Shown here: piece after piece, positions 8,841 to 18,104 of the stretch
How the letters are laid out: each line of letters opens with the position of its first letter
Position numbering within the stretch: position 1 is the first letter of the stretch
IMG/VR virus record: IMGVR_UViG_2687453414_000003
DNA from: an uncultured virus (IMG/VR IMGVR_UViG_2687453414_000003)
Taxonomy: Duplodnaviria; Heunggongvirae; Uroviricota; Caudoviricetes
DNA: 64,000 bases
Strand: one strand, 5' to 3'
Program-made: the position numbers and the translations under genes
Notes under the pieces: model-generated
The model's input: only the letters and a program-made list of their open reading frames with translations
Database searches by the model: none
Told to the model about the DNA's origin: nothing

Positions 8841-9035
8841 TGGGCGCGAACAGCAATCACACTCAACTTTCATTTTCGAAAAAATAGAGAGCGCCCAGTT
8901 TCTGAACTTTGTGGACCCATACAGCAATATTTTACCTTGCATATAGGAAAGAAATCGGGTCCAGTCTTGCGGTCGAGGACACAAGCAGCAATCTAAAATC
9001 AACTGTTAAGTGGTAACTGTTTCAAACGGTGTCCT
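8841..9035 (+). ncRNA. Array of three CAGCAAT stem-loop units (8841-8897, 8912-8963, 8976-9035)
   Basis: Each unit is G-[7-bp stem]-NARCAGCAAT-AT-rich 28-36 nt-[complement]-GT; stems differ in sequence but pair perfectly. Confidence 0.75.
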
Positions 9036-9094
9036 GTCAAACCGCGAAAACTCACTGTTTTCATGCTCGTGAGTCCTAACAATATTTTCGGGTT

Positions 9095-9132
9095 AACCCG
9101 GCCAGCCTAGGGGGGTGCTGGCCGGGTTTTCT
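9095..9132 (+). terminator. Intrinsic terminator after the ncRNA array
   Basis: AACCCGGCCAGC/GCTGGCCGGGTT 12-bp stem followed by TTCT. Confidence 0.8.
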
Positions 9133-9161
9133 CGTATCTGCACACCATTTTAGGAGTACAC

Positions 9162-9512
9162 ATGTGGCGCATAGCTGCAATCACTGCCATCTGCGCAGCA
9201 TTGGGCATCTCTGCCTCTGCCTGCGCGACGAGCAATCAGGAATGGCACCGAGACTGCACGGTGCTGTCTAAAGACACCCTCTACGACACGTCGGGGTCCA
9301 ATGGCCACACCAGGACGACTCGTAAGAATCGGCTATCGACTAGTTGCGGTGCGTTCTCTGTTGACGACGCTTGGGAAGTAGGTTCATTCAATTCATGGGA
9401 TCTGTGGGCGCGACTTGAACAAGGCAAGGTCTATGACCTTAAGACCGGCGGATACCGCAATGGCTTCATGGGCATGTTTCCCGTGGTGCTCGAAATTAAG
9501 GGGCCTAAGTGA
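9162..9512 (+). CDS. Secreted/lipoprotein hypothetical
   Basis: AGGAG RBS; signal peptide ending ASAC. Confidence 0.7.
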   Translation: MWRIAAITAICAALGISASACATSNQEWHRDCTVLSKDTLYDTSGSNGHTRTTRKNRLSTSCGAFSVDDAWEVGSFNSWDLWARLEQGKVYDLKTGGYRNGFMGMFPVVLEIKGPK

Positions 9513-9694
9513 ACGGCACAATTCGCGTGTTCGACTACCAGGGAAATTCGGAAGCTTATTCCGCTGAATCGGCGCGGGTAGAGGCCGGTGTTTTGTATGT
9601 GGAAAACGGTCAGACGGTGACGATTGTGAATGCTGATGCGTGGTCTAAGGCAGTCGCAACTGGGGTAAATGATTTTAGAGGGGGTTACGTTTGA
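9509..9694 (+). CDS. Hypothetical protein
   Basis: GTGA-coupled ORF. Confidence 0.55.
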   Translation: MNGTIRVFDYQGNSEAYSAESARVEAGVLYVENGQTVTIVNADAWSKAVATGVNDFRGGYV

Positions 9695-9718
9695 TTATTA
9701 GGTTGACTGTGGGGGATT

Positions 9719-10558
9719 TTGACTGACCACAGCATTGTTAGGGACCGCTGGGGTAGGCCGTATATCACGCAGAATGGGGAGCCGCTGCGCTACAAGCCGG
9801 GCGGTAAGACCCCGATTAACGCGGAGGGCTATACGCGCATCTCGACGTTGGCCGGCACTCTTGACGACAAGGGCAATCTGTCTGACTGGCTAGCTGCTAG
9901 AGCGCTTATGGGCGTGGTGAAGTCAGAAGCTCTGTTCGCGCAGGCCGCACACCTGGTCTCCGCGCACAAAGATCCCTGGGCAGTACCCGAGGGCAAGAAG
10001 CCGCTAAAAGAGTTAGTAGCGAGTGCGCAGGCATTGGGCGGTTCGGAAGATGCGAGCGGGTTAGGTACGGCGTTCCATGGCCTCTGTGAGGTTCTAGACG
10101 AAGGCAACAAGCCGCAGTATGTGCCACGACAGCTTGAGCCTTGGATTGAAGCCCGCCAGGCGGCTATTGAAGAGTTCGACCCGGTTCTTATTGAGCCGTT
10201 CGTGGTTAATGACGAGTTGAAGAGTGCCGGTAACCCGGACCGATACTTGTTGCATAGGCCAACGGGCATTGTGTACGCAGCTGACGATAAGACGGGTTCT
10301 AGTGAGCCTGATTTTCCGCTCAAGGTCACGATTCAGGTTGCGATTGCGTCGCGGAGCGTCCTATATGACCAGAAGACCGGTAAGCGCACTCCTATTAAAT
10401 GTGATCAAAGCAAGGGCTTGCTGGTGCATACGCCTATTCGGGATGTGCGGCCCCGCTCCAATCTGTATTGGCTTGATCTAAATAAGGGCTGGGAGTACGC
10501 CAAGTTGGCGGTACAGGTGCGTGAGGCTCGGAAGCTGCCGAAGCTGACAAGGAAATAG
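9719..10558 (+). CDS. PD-(D/E)XK / Cas4-like recombination exonuclease
   Basis: RDRWGRP N-terminus, GTAFH, E..V, GNPDR, DDKTG, Q motifs; near the ERF gene. Confidence 0.8.
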   Translation: MTDHSIVRDRWGRPYITQNGEPLRYKPGGKTPINAEGYTRISTLAGTLDDKGNLSDWLAARALMGVVKSEALFAQAAHLVSAHKDPWAVPEGKKPLKELVASAQALGGSEDASGLGTAFHGLCEVLDEGNKPQYVPRQLEPWIEARQAAIEEFDPVLIEPFVVNDELKSAGNPDRYLLHRPTGIVYAADDKTGSSEPDFPLKVTIQVAIASRSVLYDQKTGKRTPIKCDQSKGLLVHTPIRDVRPRSNLYWLDLNKGWEYAKLAVQVREARKLPKLTRK

Positions 10559-10647
10559 ATGCGCAATGGGTCTACTTGGAGAAATAGTTTTGGCCGCATT
10601 CCTTATGGGTGTGGTCGTGGCGTATTGGATTATGGCGGAGTGAACTG

Positions 10648-10998
10648 ATGTCTCTAATTGGGGAGAACCTAATTCGTTTGGTACGAGAAAAGGCGGCGTC
10701 TTACCCCGAGTTCGTCTATGACAACAACGGTGTGGCTTGCAGATATGTAGTGGAAGGTAAACCAAGCTGCCTTATCGGACACGCCTTGTGGGGGGCCGAT
10801 CTGATCGGGCCATCATTCGAACACAATCAACGCAATCAGGTTGCGTTTGGGCATCTCGTGACGCCCCTTGGGCTTGCACTTGATTGGCGGGAAATAGCTT
10901 GGTTGAGGCGGGTGCAATTCCTTCAAGACTCCGGCCACGCGTGGGGTGTAGCCGTAGGCGACGCCGATAGAACGTGCGCACTTAGCGCCACAGGATAG
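10648..10998 (+). CDS. Hypothetical protein
   Basis: CRY...PSCLIG...QDSG..WG pattern typical of actinophage ORFs. Confidence 0.6.
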   Translation: MSLIGENLIRLVREKAASYPEFVYDNNGVACRYVVEGKPSCLIGHALWGADLIGPSFEHNQRNQVAFGHLVTPLGLALDWREIAWLRRVQFLQDSGHAWGVAVGDADRTCALSATG

Positions 10999-11005
10999 GA
11001 AGATT

Positions 11006-11767
11006 TTGACAGACGATGAAGTGAAAGAAGATGTTACTTACGAGGCGATCATCTCGCGTCTCGATGAGCTTGAAAACAAGCTGAAAGACCCGGCCTATTA
11101 CGACCCGACCCCGACCGTCTTTGAGGCGTGGGGCCGGGTTATGGATGAGGTTAGGTCCATCGGCAAGGAGTCGCGGAACGCGCAGCAGGGCTTCAACTTC
11201 CGTGGCATCGATGCAGTAATGGACGCGGTTGGCCCGGTGCTCCGAAAGCACGGCGTAACGGTGGTCCCTATCGCTATCGAGCACGAAGCGGAACGGTACG
11301 AGACCGCCAAGGGCGGCAAGATGGTTAACCGCATCGCTAAGGTGCAGTTCACCGTATTCGGGCCACGAGGCGATCATTTCGGCGGTGTCACGTACGGCGA
11401 GGCTGCCGATTCCGGCGATAAGGCGATGACTAAGGCCGAATCAGTGGCGCTGCGGACATTCCTGTTGCAGGCGTTGATGATTCCGACTGGTGATCCCGAT
11501 CCTGATGCGGAGTCGCATGAGCGGGCCACGTCTGCACGTCCTGCTGCTAAGGCTGCCGCACCTGCCAAGGCTAAGGCACCGTCTGCTGCCGATAAGGCAC
11601 GAGACGACTTGAGGGCCGTTGCAGCCGAGAATGAGTGGGATCTAGAACGGGTTGCGGCAACGTTCACTAAGAACAATGCGGGCAAGTCGTTGAAGACTGC
11701 TACCGCTGATGTGGTTAAGGCGTTCACGGCTGCTCTTGTGGGTGGGGTGGTGACACTTGATGAATAG
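11006..11767 (+). CDS. ERF-family single-strand annealing protein
   Basis: FNFRGIDAV, GEAADSGDKAMTKA, IPTGDPDPD. Confidence 0.9.
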   Translation: MTDDEVKEDVTYEAIISRLDELENKLKDPAYYDPTPTVFEAWGRVMDEVRSIGKESRNAQQGFNFRGIDAVMDAVGPVLRKHGVTVVPIAIEHEAERYETAKGGKMVNRIAKVQFTVFGPRGDHFGGVTYGEAADSGDKAMTKAESVALRTFLLQALMIPTGDPDPDAESHERATSARPAAKAAAPAKAKAPSAADKARDDLRAVAAENEWDLERVAATFTKNNAGKSLKTATADVVKAFTAALVGGVVTLDE

Positions 11768-11929
11768 CAACTGGTGGAAACCTTCGCTCGGACCTGACTG
11801 CGATTACAAGTGTGGCCGCAAGGCCACGCACGCAGTCGGGTTCGTGGACCACCTGCTTCTGTGTGCGAGCTGCCTTAGTTGGGGTCAGATTCGGCGCTGG
11901 TGGCATAAAGAGCCTGTGCAGGTGATCTA

Positions 11930-12277
11930 GTGGCGGAACCGACTAATCCGGTTGAGATTGAGTCGCGTATCCGTGATGTGGTGGCCTTTATTTCCAAGGG
12001 CACCAGGGTGGTTCGGCAAGCTCGTGACGAGTATTTGGCCGCTAAGCGCGCCTATCAGCTCGGGTTGGCGGCGTCGCGCCAATCAGAGCAGGGCACACGC
12101 GCGGACCGCGAAGACAAGGCGCTTCTCGCTAACGCCGAGCTATGGGAATCCATGGATACCGCCGAGGTCACCATGAAATACGCGCAGGACAAGAAATCAG
12201 ACCTGGAGTCTGAGCTGTCCGGTTTGCAAACGTCAGCGCGCCTAATTGCGCAGGAATACAACGTTTCTGGCCGCTGA
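11930..12277 (+). CDS. Hypothetical coiled-coil protein
   Basis: ORF in operon. Confidence 0.6.
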   Translation: MAEPTNPVEIESRIRDVVAFISKGTRVVRQARDEYLAAKRAYQLGLAASRQSEQGTRADREDKALLANAELWESMDTAEVTMKYAQDKKSDLESELSGLQTSARLIAQEYNVSGR

Positions 12278-12307
12278 CGGTACTAACTACGAAAGGATTA
12301 TTAATCA

Positions 12308-12544
12308 ATGGTCAAGCTCAATGTGGAACTGACGCCCTCGGAGGCGCTGATCGTGACGATGGCTCTCAAGCTGATGTCCAACACTGCCAACGATCCTAAG
12401 TACAAAGAGTTGTACAGCCCGGATGCCGTCAAGAAACTCGAAAGTACTTGTGATCGTGTCACGGAACTGATCAGCGCGGAGGCGGCTAAGGCTCTGGTTG
12501 GGAAGATCACGGGGCTTAGCGATCTGGTCGATAAGAAGGTTTGA
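12308..12544 (+). CDS. Hypothetical protein
   Basis: AAGGA RBS. Confidence 0.55.
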   Translation: MVKLNVELTPSEALIVTMALKLMSNTANDPKYKELYSPDAVKKLESTCDRVTELISAEAAKALVGKITGLSDLVDKKV

Positions 12545-12870
12545 ACGAAAAGCAGTGCCGCAAGGTAGTTCAAGAACGTTCTGAGGGGTTCTGTGAGCGC
12601 TGTTGCCGCTCCGGAGCCCTGTCTATGCATCACCGCAAGAAACGTGGTCAGGGTGGCCCGTGGAGTCCGGAAAACATAGTTGCCGTGTGCGGCTCCGGCA
12701 CCACGGGCTGCCATGGCTGGATTGAACATAACCCGGATGCTGCGGCTAGCGAGGGTTTCCATGTGCGGCCTTGGCAGGAACCGGCAGAGGTGCCGTTGCT
12801 TAGGCGCGGTTCAGATTGGGTGCTGCTGACCAAATTCGGCAGCCTCGTAACTCAAGAGGTTCTTTTCTGA
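12541..12870 (+). CDS. HNH endonuclease
   Basis: CERC, HHR, N..AVCGSGTTGCHGWIE. Confidence 0.85.
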   Translation: MNEKQCRKVVQERSEGFCERCCRSGALSMHHRKKRGQGGPWSPENIVAVCGSGTTGCHGWIEHNPDAAASEGFHVRPWQEPAEVPLLRRGSDWVLLTKFGSLVTQEVLF

Positions 12871-13223
12871 TGACCGAGATTGGACTATTTGAAGTACCCG
12901 ATGACGCCTACGTGGTTCCGCCCCTACCAGAACAGTCCACGGCTAGTGAGCGACGCAAACGGCTGATTCAGACACGCATTGCGAGGGGCGAGCACCCGTT
13001 AGGTAAGTCGATAAGGCTGCACGATCAGGCCGCCCGTATCCGGGGCGGCGAAGGTTTGAAATGCGGGGATTGCGCGTATCGGGTGATGAGGCGGTGGCCG
13101 AAATGCCTTATCCCGCTGGAGGCGGGAGGACGGGTTACTTACCCGCGTGAAACAGGGTCCGAATCGTCCGACGTTCGGGCCTGGTGGCCCGCTTGCGCTG
13201 GATTCAAGGCAAGGGATGAATAG
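12870..13223 (+). CDS. Hypothetical Cys-containing protein
   Basis: CGDC, KC, DVRAWWPAC. Confidence 0.6.
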   Translation: MTEIGLFEVPDDAYVVPPLPEQSTASERRKRLIQTRIARGEHPLGKSIRLHDQAARIRGGEGLKCGDCAYRVMRRWPKCLIPLEAGGRVTYPRETGSESSDVRAWWPACAGFKARDE

Positions 13224-13885
13224 TGAGTGATAACGGCCGGATTCACCGGGAGTTCTGGAACCACCCCAAAGCCAAAGCGGCCGGGAATGCGGCAATCGGG
13301 CTGTGGGCGCGCGCAAACTCGCGCTGCCGATACGACAGGACAGCCGGCCACGTCTCAGAGTCCGTAGCCATGGAGCTAGGCACAAGGGAAGAGATTGACG
13401 CTCTTGTGCGTGAACGGCTTTGGGTAAAGACCAGCTCCGGATATGTGATGAAGGACTACGCCCACTGGAACGATGACGTAGAACCGGACACCGCTGCCGG
13501 GGCGCTGGTGCGTGAGGTTGTGCCGGTCGAGCATCCATCCGCTATCCGTAAGCAATTAGCGCGGCGTGCAGCCGAGTTGATCGCGGAGGGTATCGACCTG
13601 GAACACGTCAAGCGTGGCCTGATTCTGTGGACGGAAAAGGATCTGTCTCCGGCCTTACTACCGTCGCTGGTGTCGCAGGCGATGAACACCCACAAGCACA
13701 CCCAATCCCTGCTGAACGTGCTTAGGGACTGCTGGCGTACCGGGGATGTAACCCCGCTTAAGCCATTTGGGTTTGTGTTCACGGTCCCTGATCTGCCTAG
13801 CGGCCTTAGCGCTGATATGCGCCGTGAGTGCATCCGGCAGGCCCAAAAGAATTGGCTACTTGAGGTTAAAGAAAGGGTTAAGTGA
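13223..13885 (+). CDS. Putative replication initiator (wHTH)
   Basis: HPK..AAGNAAIGLW...LV..RLW...Y..KDY..WN N-terminus; directly upstream of DnaB. Confidence 0.6.
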   Translation: MSDNGRIHREFWNHPKAKAAGNAAIGLWARANSRCRYDRTAGHVSESVAMELGTREEIDALVRERLWVKTSSGYVMKDYAHWNDDVEPDTAAGALVREVVPVEHPSAIRKQLARRAAELIAEGIDLEHVKRGLILWTEKDLSPALLPSLVSQAMNTHKHTQSLLNVLRDCWRTGDVTPLKPFGFVFTVPDLPSGLSADMRRECIRQAQKNWLLEVKERVK

Positions 13886-15153
13886 CGGACGAGGACCGTA
13901 TTCCGAAAGACATCACAGCGGAACAGTCCGCGTTGGGCGCGATGATGCTCAACGAGAAAGCCTTAGCCGAGGTCTCCGAGGTTTTGAAGCCTGACGACTT
14001 CTACCGGCCTAACCATGGGGTGGTGTTCACGGCGATTGTGGACACCTGGCTCTCCGGCGTTGACGTTGACCCGGTGACAGTAGCGGCCCAGCTCGACAGG
14101 GCGGGGAAGCTGACCAAGGTTGGCGGTGCGCCGTACCTGCACACGCTGATATCGACGGTGCCGACCCCCGAGTTTGGGTTGCAGTACGCGGAGATTGTTG
14201 CGGGTAAAGCCCGGCTGCGGCGTCTAGGCGAATTAGGTGTGCGGCTAAGGCAATTGGCATCTAACGATGTCCCGGTCGAGGACATGGACGCGATGGTTGC
14301 GCAGGCCGAGAAGTTCTTTCGTGACGTACAACAGGCAGAGAAGTCCGCGCAGGACTTCGACCAGCTCGTCACATCGTGGAATGCCTGGTATGAGGGCGAG
14401 GCCGGTAAGCCTATCCCGACGCCTTGGCCTGGCTTGAACGACCGCCTGAATGGTGGTCTACAGCGCGGCCGCGTGTATGTGGTCGCAGCGAGGCCGGGAG
14501 TCGGTAAAAGCGTTGCAACTACGCAGCTTTCACAGTTCGTTGCCTACCGCGATTTTCAGTCGGTCGTTATCTCGCTTGAGATGTCAGCTAATGAGGTTAT
14601 GACGCGGATTCTGGCGCAGGGCGCGGACGTGAACCTTACGGATCTGGCGCGGCGGCGACTGGACATTGAGGCATCCAATCGGGTGGCCAAGTTCACCGAA
14701 GAGAACAAGGGGCTACCGCTGCAAATCGTTGACCGAGAACAGATCACGGTTGAGCAGATCGTGGCCCACTGTCGCGCTCGGGGCAAGGTTGATGTGTTGG
14801 TGGTCGATTACTTGCAGCTGATCGAGCCATCCGATAAGCGGGTGTCTCGACAAGAGCAGGTGGCGCACTTTAGCCGCACGCTCAAGATGGCTGCACGTGA
14901 GTTGAACGCGGCGGTTGTGGTGGCTGCGCAGTTGAATCGTGGGCCGGTTAAGGACGGCAAGCCTCGCGCGCCGACGATTGCGGATCTACGCGAGTCGGGT
15001 GCGATTGAACAGGACGCGGATTGCGTGATTCTGCTGCACACAGATGAAGACGACCCCGGGTTTGTGCAGATGATCGTTGGCAAGAATAGGCAGGGAAAAT
15101 TGGGAGACCTCGTTATGCAATTCGAGGGAAATTATGCCCGTATAACGCAATGA
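13882..15153 (+). CDS. dnaB: DnaB-like replicative helicase
   Basis: AEQSALG, ARPGVGKS, SLEM, VDYLQL, QLNR, DLRESGAIEQDAD, KNRQG. Confidence 0.97.
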   Translation: MTDEDRIPKDITAEQSALGAMMLNEKALAEVSEVLKPDDFYRPNHGVVFTAIVDTWLSGVDVDPVTVAAQLDRAGKLTKVGGAPYLHTLISTVPTPEFGLQYAEIVAGKARLRRLGELGVRLRQLASNDVPVEDMDAMVAQAEKFFRDVQQAEKSAQDFDQLVTSWNAWYEGEAGKPIPTPWPGLNDRLNGGLQRGRVYVVAARPGVGKSVATTQLSQFVAYRDFQSVVISLEMSANEVMTRILAQGADVNLTDLARRRLDIEASNRVAKFTEENKGLPLQIVDREQITVEQIVAHCRARGKVDVLVVDYLQLIEPSDKRVSRQEQVAHFSRTLKMAARELNAAVVVAAQLNRGPVKDGKPRAPTIADLRESGAIEQDADCVILLHTDEDDPGFVQMIVGKNRQGKLGDLVMQFEGNYARITQ

Positions 15154-15413
15154 GCCGGGATTTACACCGGCTCATGTCGCAGAGGCCGGAGGATTGGCAG
15201 TCTGCCGCTGTATGTCACGGGGATGACAGATTCACTAAGGCGCGTTCGCAGCTTTCCGATAGGGACCTATTGGAGCTTGAGGACGTTTGTTTGTCGTGCC
15301 CTGTGTTTGTGAAGTGTCTTGATGAATGGGTTCCGAGTGTAGTTCCTGGAGGTGCTACTGATGTTTTCGCGGCGGGCGAATGGCGAGAAGCCGAGGGAAG
15401 TGAAAAACAGTGA
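15150..15413 (+). CDS. Divergent WhiB-like protein
   Basis: WQSAAVC...CLSCPV..KCL...VFAG. Confidence 0.6.
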   Translation: MSRDLHRLMSQRPEDWQSAAVCHGDDRFTKARSQLSDRDLLELEDVCLSCPVFVKCLDEWVPSVVPGGATDVFAAGEWREAEGSEKQ

Positions 15414-15756
15414 CCGAGACCTAATCTCGGCGCTTATCTACAAGCATACGGCTGTGGTGTTTAACGCACGGACGGAAGTCGCGGCTGGAACAAAATACAG
15501 CCCTAGCGAGACCTCTTGCACGGCTGCGGCTGATTCAATTTTGGAGTTGGTATATGGCCTTAAGTCGTCGGACGGTCCGAGCTTGGAAGAACGAGTATCC
15601 CGATTAGAGAAATGGGCTAAGGGCGAAATTGGAGCACTGCCGTGATTTGCCTGCGATGCGAAAGATACGCCTACCGCGTAAGCAACGGTATCTGTGATCA
15701 ATGCGAGGACGAGATTTATTGCGGTTCACTCGCGGAATGTGAAGAGGAATACGAAC

Positions 15757-16617
15757 GTGACAATCAGTTTTAAAGCTTACGTGCAGGGTCGGGGAACTTT
15801 TAGTAACGTCGCTGAACCTTTCCGGTTTCCGGGCGGTGAATGGCATTTAAGGTATATGCGCCAGTTCGCCGAGAGTGACATTACGTGGATTGCCGATGTT
15901 CGGGGCGCTGACGCTAACGACCTTGTTAAGGCGGGTCTGCTTGCACAACATGTATCGTATCTCGATCAGCCGCACAATTTCGTGTTGATGTTGCCCTATT
16001 TCCCGGCTGCTCGCGCAGATCGCGGCACCCCGCTAGGGGCGGCAACCTACGCCAAGCTGATTAATTCGATGTACGCCGATCAGGTGATTAGCGTCGATCT
16101 GCATTCGCGTGCCGCGTGGGATTGGACGAATGATCTTACGGAAGTTCCGGTTACAGCGCTGTTCATCGACCGGGCGTTGATGGGTCGTGAATACGACTCG
16201 GTGATTGCACCCGACAGGGGTGCCCTAAGCCGCGCGCAACAGGTCGCCACGCATCTGGGAATTGAGGTAGTGCGGGTCGAGAAGTACCGCGATTTCGCAA
16301 CCGGCCGCATTACCGGCATGGAACTAATCGGCAATGTTCCGAAGCCTGGGCGGTTCCTCGTGGTGGATGACATCTGTGATGGCGGCGGAACCTTCATAGC
16401 CCTAGCGGAACTGTTGAACCTGCCAAAGGATCAGCTCGACCTGTGGGTTACGCACGGCATCTTCTCCGGCAAGGCCGGTCAGCTGCATGACCACTACGGG
16501 CGGATCTACACCACGGACTCCCACCCTGGCGCTTACTCGGGTGCGGTTAGGCCGTTCTCGATTGTTCCGACTTTCCCAATCATGTTCAACGCTATGAGAA
16601 ATGGACTATCCAAGTGA
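15757..16617 (+). CDS. PRPP-synthetase-like protein (probable NARP1 Adps, ADPR-PP synthetase)
   Basis: FPGGE, PYFPAARADR, DLHS, APDRGA, K.RD, VVDDICDGGGTF, THG; GAGGA RBS before GTG 15757. Confidence 0.9.
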   Translation: MTISFKAYVQGRGTFSNVAEPFRFPGGEWHLRYMRQFAESDITWIADVRGADANDLVKAGLLAQHVSYLDQPHNFVLMLPYFPAARADRGTPLGAATYAKLINSMYADQVISVDLHSRAAWDWTNDLTEVPVTALFIDRALMGREYDSVIAPDRGALSRAQQVATHLGIEVVRVEKYRDFATGRITGMELIGNVPKPGRFLVVDDICDGGGTFIALAELLNLPKDQLDLWVTHGIFSGKAGQLHDHYGRIYTTDSHPGAYSGAVRPFSIVPTFPIMFNAMRNGLSK

Positions 16618-18104
16618 GTGTTGACTACGCGCCCGTGGCTCCGCTATTCCACACGGACGCATACAAACTGGACCACCGCAGGCAATATGCGCTAAGCGGA
16701 AACGTCACGCGGGTCTACTCGAACTACACCAACCGCAAGAGCCGAATCCCTGGTGTTGACAAGGTGGTTCATTTCGGGTTGCAGGCTTACATCCAGCGGT
16801 ACCTGATGGATGAGTTCGCGCCGTTCTTTGCGGCACCCTCCCATAAGGTCACAGCTGCATACAAGGCGCGGCTGGCTCAAGTGTTAGGCCGCGAGGCCGC
16901 AGACGCGATCGGTGTAGGGCACATTGCCAGCCTGCACGATCTGGGGTACTTGCCGTTGCGGTTCTGCGCGGTCCCCGAGGGCACCCTAGTCCCCATCGGT
17001 GTTCCGTCATTCACGGTCGAGAGCACTCGCGGTTTCGGGTGGTTGACGAACTTTGTGGAGACAGGGCTATCCGCCGGCCTTTGGCAAGCGTCCACGTCAG
17101 CGACCATCGCGCACGAATACCGCAAAGTCTTGGAGAGTGCGGCCCTGCGGACTGGCGGTGACCCTACCGATATCGACTGGCAGTGTCATGACTTCTCGTA
17201 CCGGGGTATGTCCTCGCATGAGTCGGCGGCGGTGTCCGGTGCGGCGCACCTCCTGTCATTCACGGGTACCGACTCCCTGGTGTCGCTCGATTGGATTGAG
17301 CGCTACTACGGCGGGCCATACGAGGCGTCCAGCGTGCCCGCTACCGAACATTCGGTGATGTGCACGGGCATTGAGACCCTGGGGGAGCAAGAGACGTTCT
17401 CGCGCCTCCTGGACCTGTATCCGACTGGAACGGTCGCAGTCGTAGCAGACACGTTCGATCTGTGGCGGGTGCTCACTGAGTACCTACCGGCACTAAGGGA
17501 CAAGGTTTGTGCCCGCGACGGCAAGCTAGTCATTCGGCCCGACTCGGGAGACCCCGAGACCATCCTGTGCGGCGACGAGACTGCAACTGTGGGTTCGCCG
17601 CAGTGGATGGGCGTACTTGGCCTGCTTTACGAGCATTTCGGTGGACGCAAGAACATCGCCGGGTTCATCGAGCTGAACCCTAAAGTCGGTGCGATCTATG
17701 GTGATTCGATCACATTGGATCGGGCTAGGTCCATCACGGCGCGCATGGAGAAACTGGGCTACGCGTCTACGAATGTTGTGTTTGGTGTGGGTTCCTTTAC
17801 GTACCAGTACAACACGCGGGACACGTTTGGTTCTGCGATGAAGGCGACATGGGTCGAGGTTGACGGCAGGGGCGTGAACCTGCTTAAAGACCCGGTTACC
17901 GATGACGGTACTAAGAAGTCTGCAACAGGCCGCCTGGCGGTCCTAAGAAAGTCGAAAGCATTTGGCGGGCAGATGTTTTTGGTTGAGAAGGCGGTTCTTT
18001 TCGCCGAGTTGAACAGTCTGTTGCGGCCGGTGTGGGAAGACGGGAAATTCATTAAGCGCCAGACATTTTCGGATGTACGCAAGATGCTTAAGGAGCAAGA
18101 GTGA
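16614..18104 (+). CDS. NAMPT-like protein (probable NARP1 Namat)
   Basis: TDAYKLDH, HDFSYRG, ATEHSVM, IRPDSGDP, YGDSI, TRDTFG.AMK, KDPVTDDGTKKS. Confidence 0.93.
   Translation: MSVDYAPVAPLFHTDAYKLDHRRQYALSGNVTRVYSNYTNRKSRIPGVDKVVHFGLQAYIQRYLMDEFAPFFAAPSHKVTAAYKARLAQVLGREAADAIGVGHIASLHDLGYLPLRFCAVPEGTLVPIGVPSFTVESTRGFGWLTNFVETGLSAGLWQASTSATIAHEYRKVLESAALRTGGDPTDIDWQCHDFSYRGMSSHESAAVSGAAHLLSFTGTDSLVSLDWIERYYGGPYEASSVPATEHSVMCTGIETLGEQETFSRLLDLYPTGTVAVVADTFDLWRVLTEYLPALRDKVCARDGKLVIRPDSGDPETILCGDETATVGSPQWMGVLGLLYEHFGGRKNIAGFIELNPKVGAIYGDSITLDRARSITARMEKLGYASTNVVFGVGSFTYQYNTRDTFGSAMKATWVEVDGRGVNLLKDPVTDDGTKKSATGRLAVLRKSKAFGGQMFLVEKAVLFAELNSLLRPVWEDGKFIKRQTFSDVRKMLKEQE

Noticed and set aside
8817..9002. 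61-aa minus-strand ORF over the array
   Set aside because: Antisense to the operon, no RBS, no recognisable motif; the RNA structure explains the sequence better
8841..9035. CRISPR mini-array
   Set aside because: No identical direct repeats; conservation is structural plus a 7-nt motif. No cas operon; the Cas4-like nuclease sits with ERF in a recombination module
16614..18104. NARP2 or ordinary NAD salvage
   Set aside because: No NMN adenylyltransferase seen; pairing with a Prs-like gene fits NARP1 better, though untested
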